Below are positions 39,898 through 49,971 of a DNA stretch of 64,000 nucleotides, piece after piece. The notes beneath the pieces were generated by a model, which saw only the letters and a list, made by a program, of their open reading frames with translations, did not search any database and had not been told where the DNA came from. The stretch is from Clostridia bacterium. Lineage in GTDB: Bacteria; Bacillota; Limnochordia; DTU080; RSA5. Positions within the stretch are counted from its first letter, which is position 1. Each line of letters starts with the position of its first letter. Both the position numbers and the translations under genes were made by a program. The stretch is taken from the NCBI GenBank assembly GCA_002919235.1, contig PKEX01000001.1, forward strand, positions 5,289 to 69,288. Reading direction: 5' to 3'.

Positions 39898-41922
39898 ATG
39901 GCGCTCGAAACCAACGTCATCAGCATCGTCCATCCCATGGCCTTCCCCGGTCCCGGCAACACCAAAGCGACGCAGCGGGGCCAGGCGCCGGCCGCGTACC
40001 TTTTGAACAGCATCCGGCGGATCATCGACGATCCCTACTTCCGGGGCATCGAAATCACGCAGATCAAGGACCCCGAGCTGCGGGCCGAAGTGGCCCGGCT
40101 CCTGCGGGAGGCCGGCGTGGAGGTCACCTACAGCGCCCAGCCGGTCCAGCTCCTCAATGAAGACGAGTTCATCGACCCCACCGACATCAGCAGCCTCGAC
40201 GAGGTGAACCGGCGCCGGGCCATCGACCGCCTCAAGGCGTGCATCGACGAGGCGCTGGAGATCGGCGCGGTGCGGATCGGCATCATCAGCGGCAAGGATC
40301 CGGGGGCGGCGCACCGGATGTCGGCCATCGAGGCGCTGATCCTGTCCCTTGACGAGCTGTGCGCCTACGCGGCCGAGCGCTCGCGGGAGCTGGGGCGAAA
40401 GCCCCTGGAGATCTCCCTCGAGCTCTTCGACCGGCGCGACGAGCCGGGCTGCAAGCACCAGCTCATCGGTCCCGCCCGGGAGGCCGTCAAAGTGGCGCAC
40501 GCCGTCCGCAAGCAGCTGGGACACGCCAACTTCGGCCTCATGTACGACCTGAGCCACATGCCGCTCCTGGACGGCGAAGGGCTGCAGAGCGAGACGCCGG
40601 CGGTGCTCAAGCTCCTCGCCCCCTACCTCAACCACGTCCACATCGGCTCGTGCGTCCTGGACAAGAGCAGCCCCCTCTACGGGGACACGCACCCGTCGTT
40701 CGACCATCCCGACAGCTACGTGGGGCAGGAGCTCCTCGCGGCCTTCGTCAAGGAGCTGCACGAGATCGGCTGGAAAGGCGGCATCGGCTTTGAAGTGATG
40801 CCCCACGGCGACCAGCTGCCCGAAGCGGTGATCGAGAGCACCAAGGCGTACTTCAACGTGGCCCGCTCCCGCCTGGACGTCAACTACGCGCTGGGCACCT
40901 ACGCCTTCTCGGCCCGCCGCTTCCTGCCGGAGTACCTCTTCGACCGCCTGAGCCGGGCGCGGCTTTCCCGCCGCGAGGCGATCCGCGAGGCGGCCGCGGC
41001 CCGGGTGCGGCGAGAGCACATCGCCCCCGACGGCAAGCTCCTCATCCTGGCCGCCGACCACCCCGCCCGCTACGTCACCGGCGTGGGCGACGATCCCGTG
41101 CGCATGGGCGACCGCCTCGAATACTTGGCCCGCATCGTGCGGATCCTCAAGAGCCCGCTGGTGGACGGGGTCATGGCGACGCCGGACATCTTCGACGAGC
41201 TGTTCCTCATCGACTACCTTCTCAAAGAGGCGGGCAAGGAGTCGCTCTTGGACGGCAAAGTGATGATCGGCTCGATGAACCGCACGGGCCTGGCCGGCCT
41301 CGAGCACGAGATGGACGACCGGATCAGCTCCTATACGCCCCAGCGCCTCAAAGAGCTGCGCCTCGACGGCGGCAAGATGCTCTTTCGCATCGATCCCGAC
41401 CGCAATTCCCGCTACTCCATCGCCACCATCTACTCGTGCGCCAAGGCGGTGGAGGAGTGCGACGAACTGGGGCTCGACGTGTTCCTCGAGCCGCTGCCGG
41501 TCCAGCGGAAGGAGAGCGGCTACGAGGTGGAGATGACGGCCGAGGCGCTGATCAAAGCGGTGGGCGTCGCCACGGCCCTGGGCGGCTCGTCCACCCGCAT
41601 GTGGATCAAGATCCCTTACGTGGACGGGTACCACCGCGTCGCCCGCTCCACGACGCTGCCCATCCTGATGCTGGGCGGCGCCGCCACGGGCAACCCGCTC
41701 CAGCTCATCCAGAGCTTCGAGCGGGGCCTGGGCGAAGGGGACAACGTGCGCGGGGCCATGGTGGGCCGCAACGTCCTCTTCCCCGGCGACGACGACCCCT
41801 TTGCCGTCGCCGAGGCCGTGGGCCTCTTGATTCACCGGAGCGCCTCGGCGGCTGAGGCGGTGCAGCACCTCGCTCAGGTGCGCGGCCGGGACATGGAGTG
41901 GCTGAAGGAGAGCCTTGCGTGA
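39898..41922 (+). CDS. Fusion of a xylose-isomerase-like TIM-barrel sugar-phosphate isomerase/epimerase with a DhnA/DeoC-type class I aldolase (DUF2090/Cgl0159-like)
   Basis: Start MALETNVISIVHP chosen within ORF 39784..41922. N-terminal ~300 aa is AP_endonuc_2-like. C-terminal ~330 aa has a class I aldolase-like Gly-rich end (LMLGGAATGNPLQL...GAMVGRNVLF). Sits in an iol-like neighbourhood. Confidence 0.65.
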   Translation: MALETNVISIVHPMAFPGPGNTKATQRGQAPAAYLLNSIRRIIDDPYFRGIEITQIKDPELRAEVARLLREAGVEVTYSAQPVQLLNEDEFIDPTDISSLDEVNRRRAIDRLKACIDEALEIGAVRIGIISGKDPGAAHRMSAIEALILSLDELCAYAAERSRELGRKPLEISLELFDRRDEPGCKHQLIGPAREAVKVAHAVRKQLGHANFGLMYDLSHMPLLDGEGLQSETPAVLKLLAPYLNHVHIGSCVLDKSSPLYGDTHPSFDHPDSYVGQELLAAFVKELHEIGWKGGIGFEVMPHGDQLPEAVIESTKAYFNVARSRLDVNYALGTYAFSARRFLPEYLFDRLSRARLSRREAIREAAAARVRREHIAPDGKLLILAADHPARYVTGVGDDPVRMGDRLEYLARIVRILKSPLVDGVMATPDIFDELFLIDYLLKEAGKESLLDGKVMIGSMNRTGLAGLEHEMDDRISSYTPQRLKELRLDGGKMLFRIDPDRNSRYSIATIYSCAKAVEECDELGLDVFLEPLPVQRKESGYEVEMTAEALIKAVGVATALGGSSTRMWIKIPYVDGYHRVARSTTLPILMLGGAATGNPLQLIQSFERGLGEGDNVRGAMVGRNVLFPGDDDPFAVAEAVGLLIHRSASAAEAVQHLAQVRGRDMEWLKESLA

Positions 41923-42764
41923 TGCTTCCCGAGGAGCGCCGCAGGCGGATCGCCCAGCAGGTGGCCGAGGAAGGGGCCGCTTCCGTCGCCGAGCTGAGCC
42001 GCCTTTTCGGCGTGGCCGAGGAGACCATCCGCCGCGACCTCAAGGCGCTGGAAGCCGCCGGGGTGCTCCGCCGCACCCACGGCGGGGCGCTCCGGGTGGC
42101 CGCGCCGCCGGGCCCCTATCCGCCTGCCGCCGTGCCGGCAGGGGGCTCGCCCGCCGCAGCGGGGACGGCGGTCCTCGCGGCCCCCGTCGCCCCTTTTTCC
42201 GAACGGCTGGGCCAAAATCCGGAGCTGAAGGCGGCCATCGCCCGGGCGGCCCTGGAGAAGGTGCAGGACGGCGACACCATCTTCCTCGACTCCGGGAGCA
42301 CCGTCTTGGAGCTGGCCAAGCTCCTGGCCGTCCGCCGGGAACTGGTCATCGTCACGCACAGCCTCAAGGTCGCGGCCCAGCTGGCCGAGGCGCCGCACCT
42401 TTCGGTGAACGTGGTCGGGGGGACGCTGCGCCCGCAGGAGCTGGCGCTGGTGGGCCCGGAGGCCCGCCGGGCCCTGGAGCGGATGCGGGCGGCCAAGGCG
42501 TTTATGGCGTGCGCCGGCTTCGACCCGGCCCACGGCGCCACCGTCTCCGACGTCCTGGAGGCCGACGTGAAGCGGGCGATGGTGGAATCGGCCGCCGAAG
42601 CCATCCTGCTGGCGGACCACACCAAGTGGGGCCGGCCCAGCCTGGTGGCCTACGCCGAGCTGGACCGCTTCGCCGCCGTAGTGAGCGACGCCGCCCTTCC
42701 CGGGGAGGCCCGGGCGGAGCTCGAGGCCCGGGGCGTCGAGGTGCTCCTCGCCTCTGAGGCATGA
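41922..42764 (+). CDS. DeoR-family transcriptional regulator
   Basis: TGATG overlap with the upstream gene. N-terminal HTH (RRRRIAQQVAEEGAASVAELSRLFGVAEETIRRDL) and DeoR C-terminal sugar-phosphate-binding domain (IFLDSGSTV). Confidence 0.85.
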   Translation: MLPEERRRRIAQQVAEEGAASVAELSRLFGVAEETIRRDLKALEAAGVLRRTHGGALRVAAPPGPYPPAAVPAGGSPAAAGTAVLAAPVAPFSERLGQNPELKAAIARAALEKVQDGDTIFLDSGSTVLELAKLLAVRRELVIVTHSLKVAAQLAEAPHLSVNVVGGTLRPQELALVGPEARRALERMRAAKAFMACAGFDPAHGATVSDVLEADVKRAMVESAAEAILLADHTKWGRPSLVAYAELDRFAAVVSDAALPGEARAELEARGVEVLLASEA

Positions 42765-42817
42765 CCTGTCGAAAGTGAGCAGCGCGCACAAACGGCACGA
42801 AAAAGGAGGAACCGCCG

Positions 42818-43798
42818 ATGTCGCTGGGACGCGTCTACGTCACCCGCCCCATTCCCGAGGCGGGGCTGGAGCTGCTGCGCCGGGAGTGTGAAGTGGAGGT
42901 CTTTCCCGAAGAAGACCGCCTGCCCACGAAAGAGGAGATCATCGCAGGCGTCCGGGGCAAGGACGCGCTCCTTTCGCTGCTGACCGAAGAGATCACCGCC
43001 GAGGTGATGGACGCCGCGCCCAACCTCAAGGTGATCAGCAACTACGCTGTGGGATACAACAACATCGACGTGGAGGCGGCCACCGCCCGGGGCATCGTGG
43101 TGACCAACACCCCCGGCGTGCTGACCGAGACCACCGCCGACCTGGCCTGGGCCTTGCTCATGTCCATCGCCCGCCGGGTGGTGGAGGCCGACCGCTACAC
43201 CCGGGCCGGCAAGTTCCAGGGCTGGGGACCGCTGCTCTTCCTCGGCAGCGACGTGTACGGCAAGACCATCGGCATCGTGGGGATGGGCCGCATCGGCCAG
43301 GCCATCGCCCGCCGCGCCCGGGGCTTTGATATGGAGATCCTCTACCACAGCCGCCGCCGGGCCGAGCCGGAGGTGGAAAAGGAGCTCCAGGCGACCTACG
43401 TCCCCCTGGACGAGCTCCTCACCCGCTCCGACTACGTCATGCTCACCGTCCCCTTGACGCCCGAGACGAGGCATCTCATCGGCGCGCGGGAACTGGCCAT
43501 GATGAAGCCCACGGCGTACCTCATCAACCCCGCCCGCGGGCCGGTGGTGGACGAGCAGGCGCTGGTGGAGGCTCTCAGGAAAAAGATCATCGCCGGCGCC
43601 GCCCTCGACGTGTACGAGGAGGAGCCCAAGCTGGCGCCGGGCCTGGCCGAGCTGGACAACGTGGTGCTCCTGCCCCACATCGGCAGCGCCACCATCGAGA
43701 CCCGCACCAAGATGGCCATCATGGCCGCGGAAAACCTGCTGGCGGTCCTGCGCAACCAGCGGCCCAAGCACGTGGTCAACCCTGAGGTGCTCAAATGA
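42818..43798 (+). CDS. Glyoxylate/hydroxypyruvate/2-ketogluconate reductase-type D-2-hydroxyacid dehydrogenase (GhrB-like)
   Basis: 326 aa. GIVGMGRIGQAIARRA NAD motif. Catalytic RGPVVDE...E...HIGSAT. Confidence 0.85.
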   Translation: MSLGRVYVTRPIPEAGLELLRRECEVEVFPEEDRLPTKEEIIAGVRGKDALLSLLTEEITAEVMDAAPNLKVISNYAVGYNNIDVEAATARGIVVTNTPGVLTETTADLAWALLMSIARRVVEADRYTRAGKFQGWGPLLFLGSDVYGKTIGIVGMGRIGQAIARRARGFDMEILYHSRRRAEPEVEKELQATYVPLDELLTRSDYVMLTVPLTPETRHLIGARELAMMKPTAYLINPARGPVVDEQALVEALRKKIIAGAALDVYEEEPKLAPGLAELDNVVLLPHIGSATIETRTKMAIMAAENLLAVLRNQRPKHVVNPEVLK

Positions 43799-45327
43799 AA
43801 GGCCCGCTGCTGCTGGCCATCGACATCGGCACCACCGCCTGCAAAGCCGTGCTTTTCCAGGCGGACGGCACCGAACGGGCCAAGGCCAGCCGCGAGTACC
43901 CTGTCCATTACCCCCGGCCCCTCTGGGCCGAACAGGACCCGGACGACTGGTGGCGGGCCGCCGTCTCTGCCACCCGGGACTGCCTGGAGCGGGCCGGCGA
44001 AGGCGCCAAGGAGCGCATCGCCGCCATCGGCCTTTCGTCCCAGCGGGAGACCATGGCGGCGGTGGACGCGGACGGGCGCCCGCTGGGCCGGGCCATCTTG
44101 TGGATGGACCGGCGCTCCCGGCCCCAGGCTGAACAGGTGGCCCGGGCGTTCGGGCGGGAGGCGGTCCACCGCCGCACCGGGATGCTGCCGGACGCCACCT
44201 TCTCCCTCACCAAGCTGATGTGGCTCGCGCAAAACCAGCCGGAGCAGGTGGAACGGGCCCGGGTGTTCCTGCAGCCCAAGGAGTATGTGGCCTTCCGCAT
44301 GACCGGCGTCGCGGCCACGGAGCCCTCTCTCGCTTCCCGCACCATGATGTTTGACCTCGAGACCGGGGACTGGATCGACGAGCTGGTGGCGGAGGCGGGC
44401 ATCCGGAAAGAACAGCTGCCGCCGGTAGTCCCGTCCGCCTCGGTCCTGGGCACGGTGACCGCCGAGGCGGCGGCGGCCATGGGCTTGGCGGAGGGGATCC
44501 CGGTGGTCGCGGGCGGCGGCGACCGCCCCTGCGAGGCGCTGGGTTCGGGCATCGGCGTGGACGGGGTGATGGAGTCGACGGGCACCACTTCCAACGTCTC
44601 CGCGCCCGTGACCCGGCCGCCGGAGAAGCTCGAGGGCGGCACCCTCTGCTCCCGCCACGTGGTCCCGGGCTACTTCCTGCTGGAGCAGGGGCTGAGCACC
44701 ACCGGGGCGCTCCTGCGGTGGTTCCGGGACCAGTTCGCCCACGAAGAACGGCAGCGGGCGATCGCCCTCGGCGCCGATCCTTACGACCTCATCAGCGAGG
44801 AGGCGGCCCAGCGGCCCCCCGGGGCCAACGGCCTCATCGCCCTCCCCTTCTTCATGGGCGCCAGGGCGCCCCGCTGGAACCCCGAGGCCCGCGGCGTCCT
44901 CTTTGGCTTCACGCTGGAGCACACCCGGGCAGACGTCGCCCGTGCGTTGATGGAAGGCGTCGCGTTCGAAGTAGCGGCGTGCCTTGAGGTGCTCCGGCGC
45001 GCCGGCTTCGACCCTCAAGGGCTGCGGGTGCTGGGCGGCGGCGCCAAGGCGCGCCTTTGGAACCAGATCAAGGCCGACGTCACGGGCGTGGAGATCCAGG
45101 TGCCCCGGGTCACCGAAGCCGCATCGCTGGGCGCGGCGATCCTGGCCGGGTGCGCCGTGGGCCTGTACGCCGACCCTATGGAGACCGCCCGGAGCCTCAA
45201 TCCCGTCACGGAGCGGTTCACCGGCGATCCGCAGCGCCGCGCGGCGTACCGCGCGATCCGCCGCCGGTACGAGGCCCTGTACCAGGCCGTTGCGCCCCTC
45301 TATGCCGGAGAGAGCGAGACGCCGTGA
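43795..45327 (+). CDS. FGGY-family carbohydrate kinase (xylulokinase/gluconokinase-like)
   Basis: 510 aa. LAIDIGTTACKAVLF N-terminal ATPase motif, FGGY_N and FGGY_C regions. 4-nt overlap with the upstream gene. Confidence 0.85.
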   Translation: MKGPLLLAIDIGTTACKAVLFQADGTERAKASREYPVHYPRPLWAEQDPDDWWRAAVSATRDCLERAGEGAKERIAAIGLSSQRETMAAVDADGRPLGRAILWMDRRSRPQAEQVARAFGREAVHRRTGMLPDATFSLTKLMWLAQNQPEQVERARVFLQPKEYVAFRMTGVAATEPSLASRTMMFDLETGDWIDELVAEAGIRKEQLPPVVPSASVLGTVTAEAAAAMGLAEGIPVVAGGGDRPCEALGSGIGVDGVMESTGTTSNVSAPVTRPPEKLEGGTLCSRHVVPGYFLLEQGLSTTGALLRWFRDQFAHEERQRAIALGADPYDLISEEAAQRPPGANGLIALPFFMGARAPRWNPEARGVLFGFTLEHTRADVARALMEGVAFEVAACLEVLRRAGFDPQGLRVLGGGAKARLWNQIKADVTGVEIQVPRVTEAASLGAAILAGCAVGLYADPMETARSLNPVTERFTGDPQRRAAYRAIRRRYEALYQAVAPLYAGESETP

Positions 45328-45391
45328 CGCGCGGGAGCCGCCCTCTGATTGAAGGGCAGAGCTGCTCCTGGGCTGAAAAAACCGGAAAAGG

Positions 45392-45424
45392 ACAGGCCGC
45401 CCTGCCACGGGCGGCCTGTTTGCT
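45392..45424. terminator. Bidirectional intrinsic terminator between convergent genes
   Basis: GC-rich hairpin ACAGGCCGCCC-tgccac-GGGCGGCCTGT flanked by AAAAAACCGGAAAAG upstream and TTTG downstream. Lies between the FGGY kinase (+) and the ABC permease (-). Confidence 0.5.
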
Positions 45425-45468
45425 GCCGCAGCGTGTGGACGCCGGCTTTTCGCCGCGCGGCTTGGATT

Positions 45469-46302
45469 CTAACCTTTGAGTGCCCCCGCCAGCGTCCCCT
45501 TCAGGATCCAGCGGTGGCCGAGGATGTAGAGGATGATGGTGGGCAGCGCCGAGATGACGACGCCCGCCGCGTAGCGCGGCATATTGCTGACGCCGTAGTT
45601 GTTCAAGAACTGGGCCACCCGCAGCTGCATGGTGAAGAGCCGCTGGTCGCTGAGCATGATCAAGCTCAAGAGGTAGTCGCTCCACGCCCCGATAAACACC
45701 AGGAGCCCCGCGAGGAAGGTGGCGGGCTTGGCCAGCGGCAGCATCACCCGGAAGAAGGTGTCCAGGTGCCCTGCGCCGTCGATGCGGGCTGCCTCAGCCA
45801 GCTCTTCGGGAAGGCCCCGGAAGAACGACCGGTAGATGATGGTCCAGAACGGGATGCCGAACGCCGCCATCGGCAGGAACAGCCCGGGAAGCGTGTTCGC
45901 GAGGCCCATCCGCGCGCTGAGCCGGTAGAGGGGGATGAGCACCATGAGCGCCGGGACGAAGTAGCCGGCCAGCACCAGGTAGAAGATGATCTCCGTCACC
46001 CTGCTGCGGTAGCGGGCAAAGATGTACCCGGCCATCGCCGCGGGAGGCACCGTGCAGAGGATCGCCCCCAGCGAGACGTACAGCGTGTTGATGAGCCCCT
46101 GGTCGATGCGGATCGCGTTCCACGCTCCGATGAAGTTGTCCCAGCGGATGGTGGTGGGCCAACCCCAGGGATCGTACGCGAACTCAAGGCGCGTCTTAAA
46201 GACGAAGAACATCGGGATCAGCATCGGCAGGACCACGGTGAGCGCGAGCGCGATCAAGACGATGGTCACGACCACTTCCGGAACCTTTTTCAGCAGGTTC
46301 AC
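45469..46302 (-). CDS. Carbohydrate ABC transporter permease (MalG-like)
   Basis: 277 aa, 6 TM, EAA loop (AEAARIDGAGHLDTFFRVMLP). Confidence 0.85.
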   Translation of the reverse strand: MNLLKKVPEVVVTIVLIALALTVVLPMLIPMFFVFKTRLEFAYDPWGWPTTIRWDNFIGAWNAIRIDQGLINTLYVSLGAILCTVPPAAMAGYIFARYRSRVTEIIFYLVLAGYFVPALMVLIPLYRLSARMGLANTLPGLFLPMAAFGIPFWTIIYRSFFRGLPEELAEAARIDGAGHLDTFFRVMLPLAKPATFLAGLLVFIGAWSDYLLSLIMLSDQRLFTMQLRVAQFLNNYGVSNMPRYAAGVVISALPTIILYILGHRWILKGTLAGALKG

Positions 46303-47222
46303 TGGAGCTCACCTTCCCTTCGCTGCATGGAGAAGAGGGCCACGGTAAAGACGAGGGACAACAGGAAGATGACGACGCCGATGGCAGCGGCCCTGCCGTA
46401 CTGCCAGTTGACGAACCCCTGCTGGTACAGGATGATCCCCAGCGTCGTCGTGGCGTAGCCCGGCCCGCCCCGGGTCATCAGGTACGGCAAGTCGAAAAGC
46501 TTGAGGCTGCCGACGATGCTCAAGATCGCGAGGATCCGGATGGGGTAGGCCACCATCGGCAGCACCACGTGCCAGGCGTACTGCCAGCGGTTCGCGCCGT
46601 CCAGCTTGGCGGCCTCCTCAATATCCCTGGGGATCTGTTCGATGTTGGCCATGAGGTAAACGATGCCGAAGCCCGTGTACGCCCAGGTGGCCAGGGCGAA
46701 GATGGACCAGAACGCCAGGTCAGGATCGCCCAGGAAGTCGATGCGCTGCAGCCACGTCCACTTGAACCGCTGGGCCAGCGTGGCGATGACCCCGTAGCGG
46801 GGGGCGAAGACGAACTGGCCCAGCATGGCCGTGATGGCCGACGGCAGGACGTTCGCCAGGAAGAAGATGGCCCGCAGCGGCCGGGTGAAATGGTTGCGGT
46901 AGAGGCAGAGTGCGTACGCTACGAAGAACGAGTACGGTATCTGGATGACCACGCTCCAGAACGCCCACAACAGCACGTTGACGAAGCCGGCCCGGAACTC
47001 CGCGTCCCGGAAAAGACGAGCGTAGTTTTGAAAACCAACATAGACCTCGTCGCCGAGGCCGGTGGAGCGCATCAGCGAGAGCCGGAACGTTTCCTCGATG
47101 GGGTAGTACATGAATATGGCCAAGAACGCGATGGCGGGAAGCAGCATCACCGCTTGGAACACGATGCCCCGCCAATCGCGCGGCCGCCTCGGTCGGATCT
47201 GTGTGGCCTGCATGTGGACCAT
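46299..47222 (-). CDS. Carbohydrate ABC transporter permease (MalF-like)
   Basis: 307 aa, 6 TM, EAA loop (EEAAKLDGANRWQYAWHVVLP). 4-nt overlap with the downstream permease. Confidence 0.85.
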   Translation of the reverse strand: MVHMQATQIRPRRPRDWRGIVFQAVMLLPAIAFLAIFMYYPIEETFRLSLMRSTGLGDEVYVGFQNYARLFRDAEFRAGFVNVLLWAFWSVVIQIPYSFFVAYALCLYRNHFTRPLRAIFFLANVLPSAITAMLGQFVFAPRYGVIATLAQRFKWTWLQRIDFLGDPDLAFWSIFALATWAYTGFGIVYLMANIEQIPRDIEEAAKLDGANRWQYAWHVVLPMVAYPIRILAILSIVGSLKLFDLPYLMTRGGPGYATTTLGIILYQQGFVNWQYGRAAAIGVVIFLLSLVFTVALFSMQRREGELQ

Positions 47223-47364
47223 CCCCCGCGCTCATCGGGATCGTCGACCCCCGGTCGACAGTGAGGCTGGAGACGGGAGGACCCCGTCTCCAGCCTGCGT
47301 TGCGAAAGCCACGAGCCGGGTCATTCCCGGTGTTGCGACACGCGGTTCTCCCGCTCGCCGCGGA

Positions 47365-48636
47365 TTACCGGGCGGCCGGCCCCATGACCTCCTCGGCCAG
47401 CTCCTCGAACTCGGCCAGCGCCTGCCTGACGTCGGCACCAGGCAGGAAGAACTTCAGGATGGTGTCGTTAAGCGGCGTCGTGATGTTGGGCGGCAGGTCC
47501 TGGTCCCACCAGAACTGCACCGCCTCGGCTTGCGCGAACACGTCCGCCGCCATCTGGGTCAGGCGAGAAGGCGCCACGACCCCCGGCACCGAGCTGATAC
47601 GCCCGGGCTCGGCCGCGATGACCTCGGGGTCCATGAGGTGCTTCATGAAGCGGACCACCGCGTCTTTCTTGTCGGCCGCCACCCAGGTGGCCGCGAAGCC
47701 GATGTCGGTCTGGCCCATCACGTCCGTGATCTTGCCCTTGCCGCCGGGAAGCAGCGGGAAGGGATAGAAGCCGAGCGTCTGGTCGGTGAAGCCCGGGTCG
47801 GAGTACTGGGCGTTCATCCACGAACCGGTGACGTGCATCCCGGCGATGCCGGTGGCCATCAGGAGCTGCGCGTCGCCGTAGGCTTCGCCCAGCGGCGTCG
47901 GGCCGAAGTAGCCCTTCTCCACCCACTCTTGGTACTTCAGCGCGGCCTGGACGAACGGCTCGCTGTCAAAGCGGGCACGGCGAGCCTGCGCGTCCGCGAA
48001 GGCCTCCATGCCGCCGTAGCGGTTGACGAGATACATGTACGTAGCCAGCGCCGGCCACTTGTCCCGCGCACCGAGGGCGAAGGGCTGGTAGCCCGCGGCC
48101 AGCAGCTTGTCGGCCACCTCCTCCATCTCCTGGAGGGTGGTGGGGACGGTGAGGCCGAGGCTCTCAAAGAGGCCCTCGTTCACGTACACGCCCGCGATGG
48201 CGAAGAACGGCGCGACGCCGTAGGTCTTCCCCTTCCACGACATGGCCGCTTTCGCGGCAGCGCTGGTCGGGATGGACTCCAGTTCCTCGGTGAGGTCCAG
48301 GAGCCGCCCGGCGTCCGCGTAGCCGCCCATGGTCGAGCCGCCCCAGGTCTGGAAGATGTCAGGCAGATCGGTGTTGGTGGCCATGGACACCTTCACCTTG
48401 TCCTGGATGCCGGGGTCGCCCAGGGCGATGTACTCCAGCTCGATATCGGGGTTCTTCGCCTGGAACGTGGTGACCACTTCGCGGATATACGCGTGGGCAG
48501 GGTCATCGTCCGGGAGGTCGCGTCCCCACACCGTCAGTCGAACCCTGCTTTGTGCCCCCGCCGTGGTCGCCATCGCCGCCACCAGGACGAGCGCGACCAG
48601 GACCACCACAAGCCGGGTCCATTTCCCTTGCACCAT
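47365..48636 (-). CDS. Carbohydrate ABC transporter substrate-binding protein
   Basis: Start MVQGKWTRLVVVLVALVLVAAMATTAGA (signal peptide) within ORF 47365..48714. SBP_bac_1-like body. Confidence 0.85.
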   Translation of the reverse strand: MVQGKWTRLVVVLVALVLVAAMATTAGAQSRVRLTVWGRDLPDDDPAHAYIREVVTTFQAKNPDIELEYIALGDPGIQDKVKVSMATNTDLPDIFQTWGGSTMGGYADAGRLLDLTEELESIPTSAAAKAAMSWKGKTYGVAPFFAIAGVYVNEGLFESLGLTVPTTLQEMEEVADKLLAAGYQPFALGARDKWPALATYMYLVNRYGGMEAFADAQARRARFDSEPFVQAALKYQEWVEKGYFGPTPLGEAYGDAQLLMATGIAGMHVTGSWMNAQYSDPGFTDQTLGFYPFPLLPGGKGKITDVMGQTDIGFAATWVAADKKDAVVRFMKHLMDPEVIAAEPGRISSVPGVVAPSRLTQMAADVFAQAEAVQFWWDQDLPPNITTPLNDTILKFFLPGADVRQALAEFEELAEEVMGPAAR

Positions 48637-48864
48637 GTGAAAACCTCCTTTTTCACGTGGCCCTGTCTGTCTTCGACGATTGTTGAGATGTTCCGCCACT
48701 CTCCCATCCATCACCTCCTTTAGAATTCTCGCGATACTGCTTTGCGCACCTGCCCGCGCCCCGAGCGGCGCCGGCGAAGGGCTGCCGGGGATCGAGCCGC
48801 TGCCCTGCCCCGGAGCCGCTCGCGGCCGGACCGGCGCGCAAGAAGGCGAAAAGGGATGTCCGGG

Positions 48865-49851
48865 CTACGCGGAGCGCCTCACGGTGATCTCCGGCTGGAA
48901 GCACACTTTGACGCCGCCGGCCTCCTCGCCCCGCAGGATCGCCGTCAAGATCTCCAAGGAACGCCGCCCCATCTCGTAGCGGGGCTGGCGGACGGTGGTC
49001 AACGGAGGGTGGGTCAACGCCGAAAACTCGAGGTCGTCAAAGCCGACCATCGCGACGTCGTCCGGGACTGCAAGGCCCTCCTCGGCGATGGCCTGGAGCG
49101 CCCCGTAGGCCATGGCGTCGTTTGCGGCGAACACCGCGGTGCAGCCCGCTTTGAGGAGCTCCTTCATCGCCCGGTAGCCGCCTTCCGTCAGGAAATTTCC
49201 GCTGACCACCAGCTCCTCGCAGAAGGCGATGCCCGCCTCCTCCAGCGCCCGCTTGTAGCCCTCAATCCTGTCGAGAGCCACCTGGAAGTGGAGATTTCCG
49301 GCAATGTGGCCGATTCTCCGGTGGCCCTTGTCCAGCAGGAAACGGGTGGCAAGGTACCCCCCTTGTACGTTGTCCACCCAGACGCAGTTGACCTTGGGGT
49401 CAGGCAGGTTCCGCTCGACGAGTACGAAGGGGATCTCCTGTTCCGCCAGCGCCGCGATGAAGCCCTTCTCCTGGATGTTGCTGCCGATGATCACCAGGCC
49501 GTCGACCCGCTCGCCCGAGATCATCTTCCGGAGCACCCGCCCGTGCTCCACGTTTTCATAGGAGTTGGAGAAGAGGAGGGTGTACCCCGTCTGCGTCGCG
49601 ACGTATTCCATTCCTTTGACAATTTGCGAAAAGTAAGGTTCGGAGATGTCGGCCATCACGACGCCGATGGTCTCGGTCCGCCGGGTCACCAGGCTGCGGG
49701 CGGCCGAGTTGGGATGATACCCCAACTCTTTCGCAATGGCGACGATCCGCTTCCGGGTCGATTCCTTCACGCCGTACTTGTTGTTCAGCGCCCGGGATAC
49801 CACGCTCGGAGCCACCCCCGCAATCCGAGCGATATCCTTGATGGTCGCCAT
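48865..49851 (-). CDS. LacI-family transcriptional regulator
   Basis: MATIKDIARIAGVAPSVVSRALNN HTH plus a sugar-binding domain. Confidence 0.85.
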   Translation of the reverse strand: MATIKDIARIAGVAPSVVSRALNNKYGVKESTRKRIVAIAKELGYHPNSAARSLVTRRTETIGVVMADISEPYFSQIVKGMEYVATQTGYTLLFSNSYENVEHGRVLRKMISGERVDGLVIIGSNIQEKGFIAALAEQEIPFVLVERNLPDPKVNCVWVDNVQGGYLATRFLLDKGHRRIGHIAGNLHFQVALDRIEGYKRALEEAGIAFCEELVVSGNFLTEGGYRAMKELLKAGCTAVFAANDAMAYGALQAIAEEGLAVPDDVAMVGFDDLEFSALTHPPLTTVRQPRYEMGRRSLEILTAILRGEEAGGVKVCFQPEITVRRSA

Positions 49852-49869
49852 AGCACCTCGTACCCGTCT

Positions 49870-49885
49870 TCGAAAACGTTTGTCA
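49870..49885. promoter_or_regulatory. Imperfect 16-bp palindrome TCGAAAACGTTTGTCA, putative LacI-family operator
   Basis: AAACGTTT core shared with the operator at 7619-7634. Lies about 20-35 nt upstream of the LacI gene start at 49851. Confidence 0.4.
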
Positions 49886-49971
49886 AATCATGTATTCACT
49901 GTTCGCGTTTTGAATCCTTCGGACAAATGGAGGAAAAAGACAACCACTTTTTGACCCAGCTAAAGGCGGGT

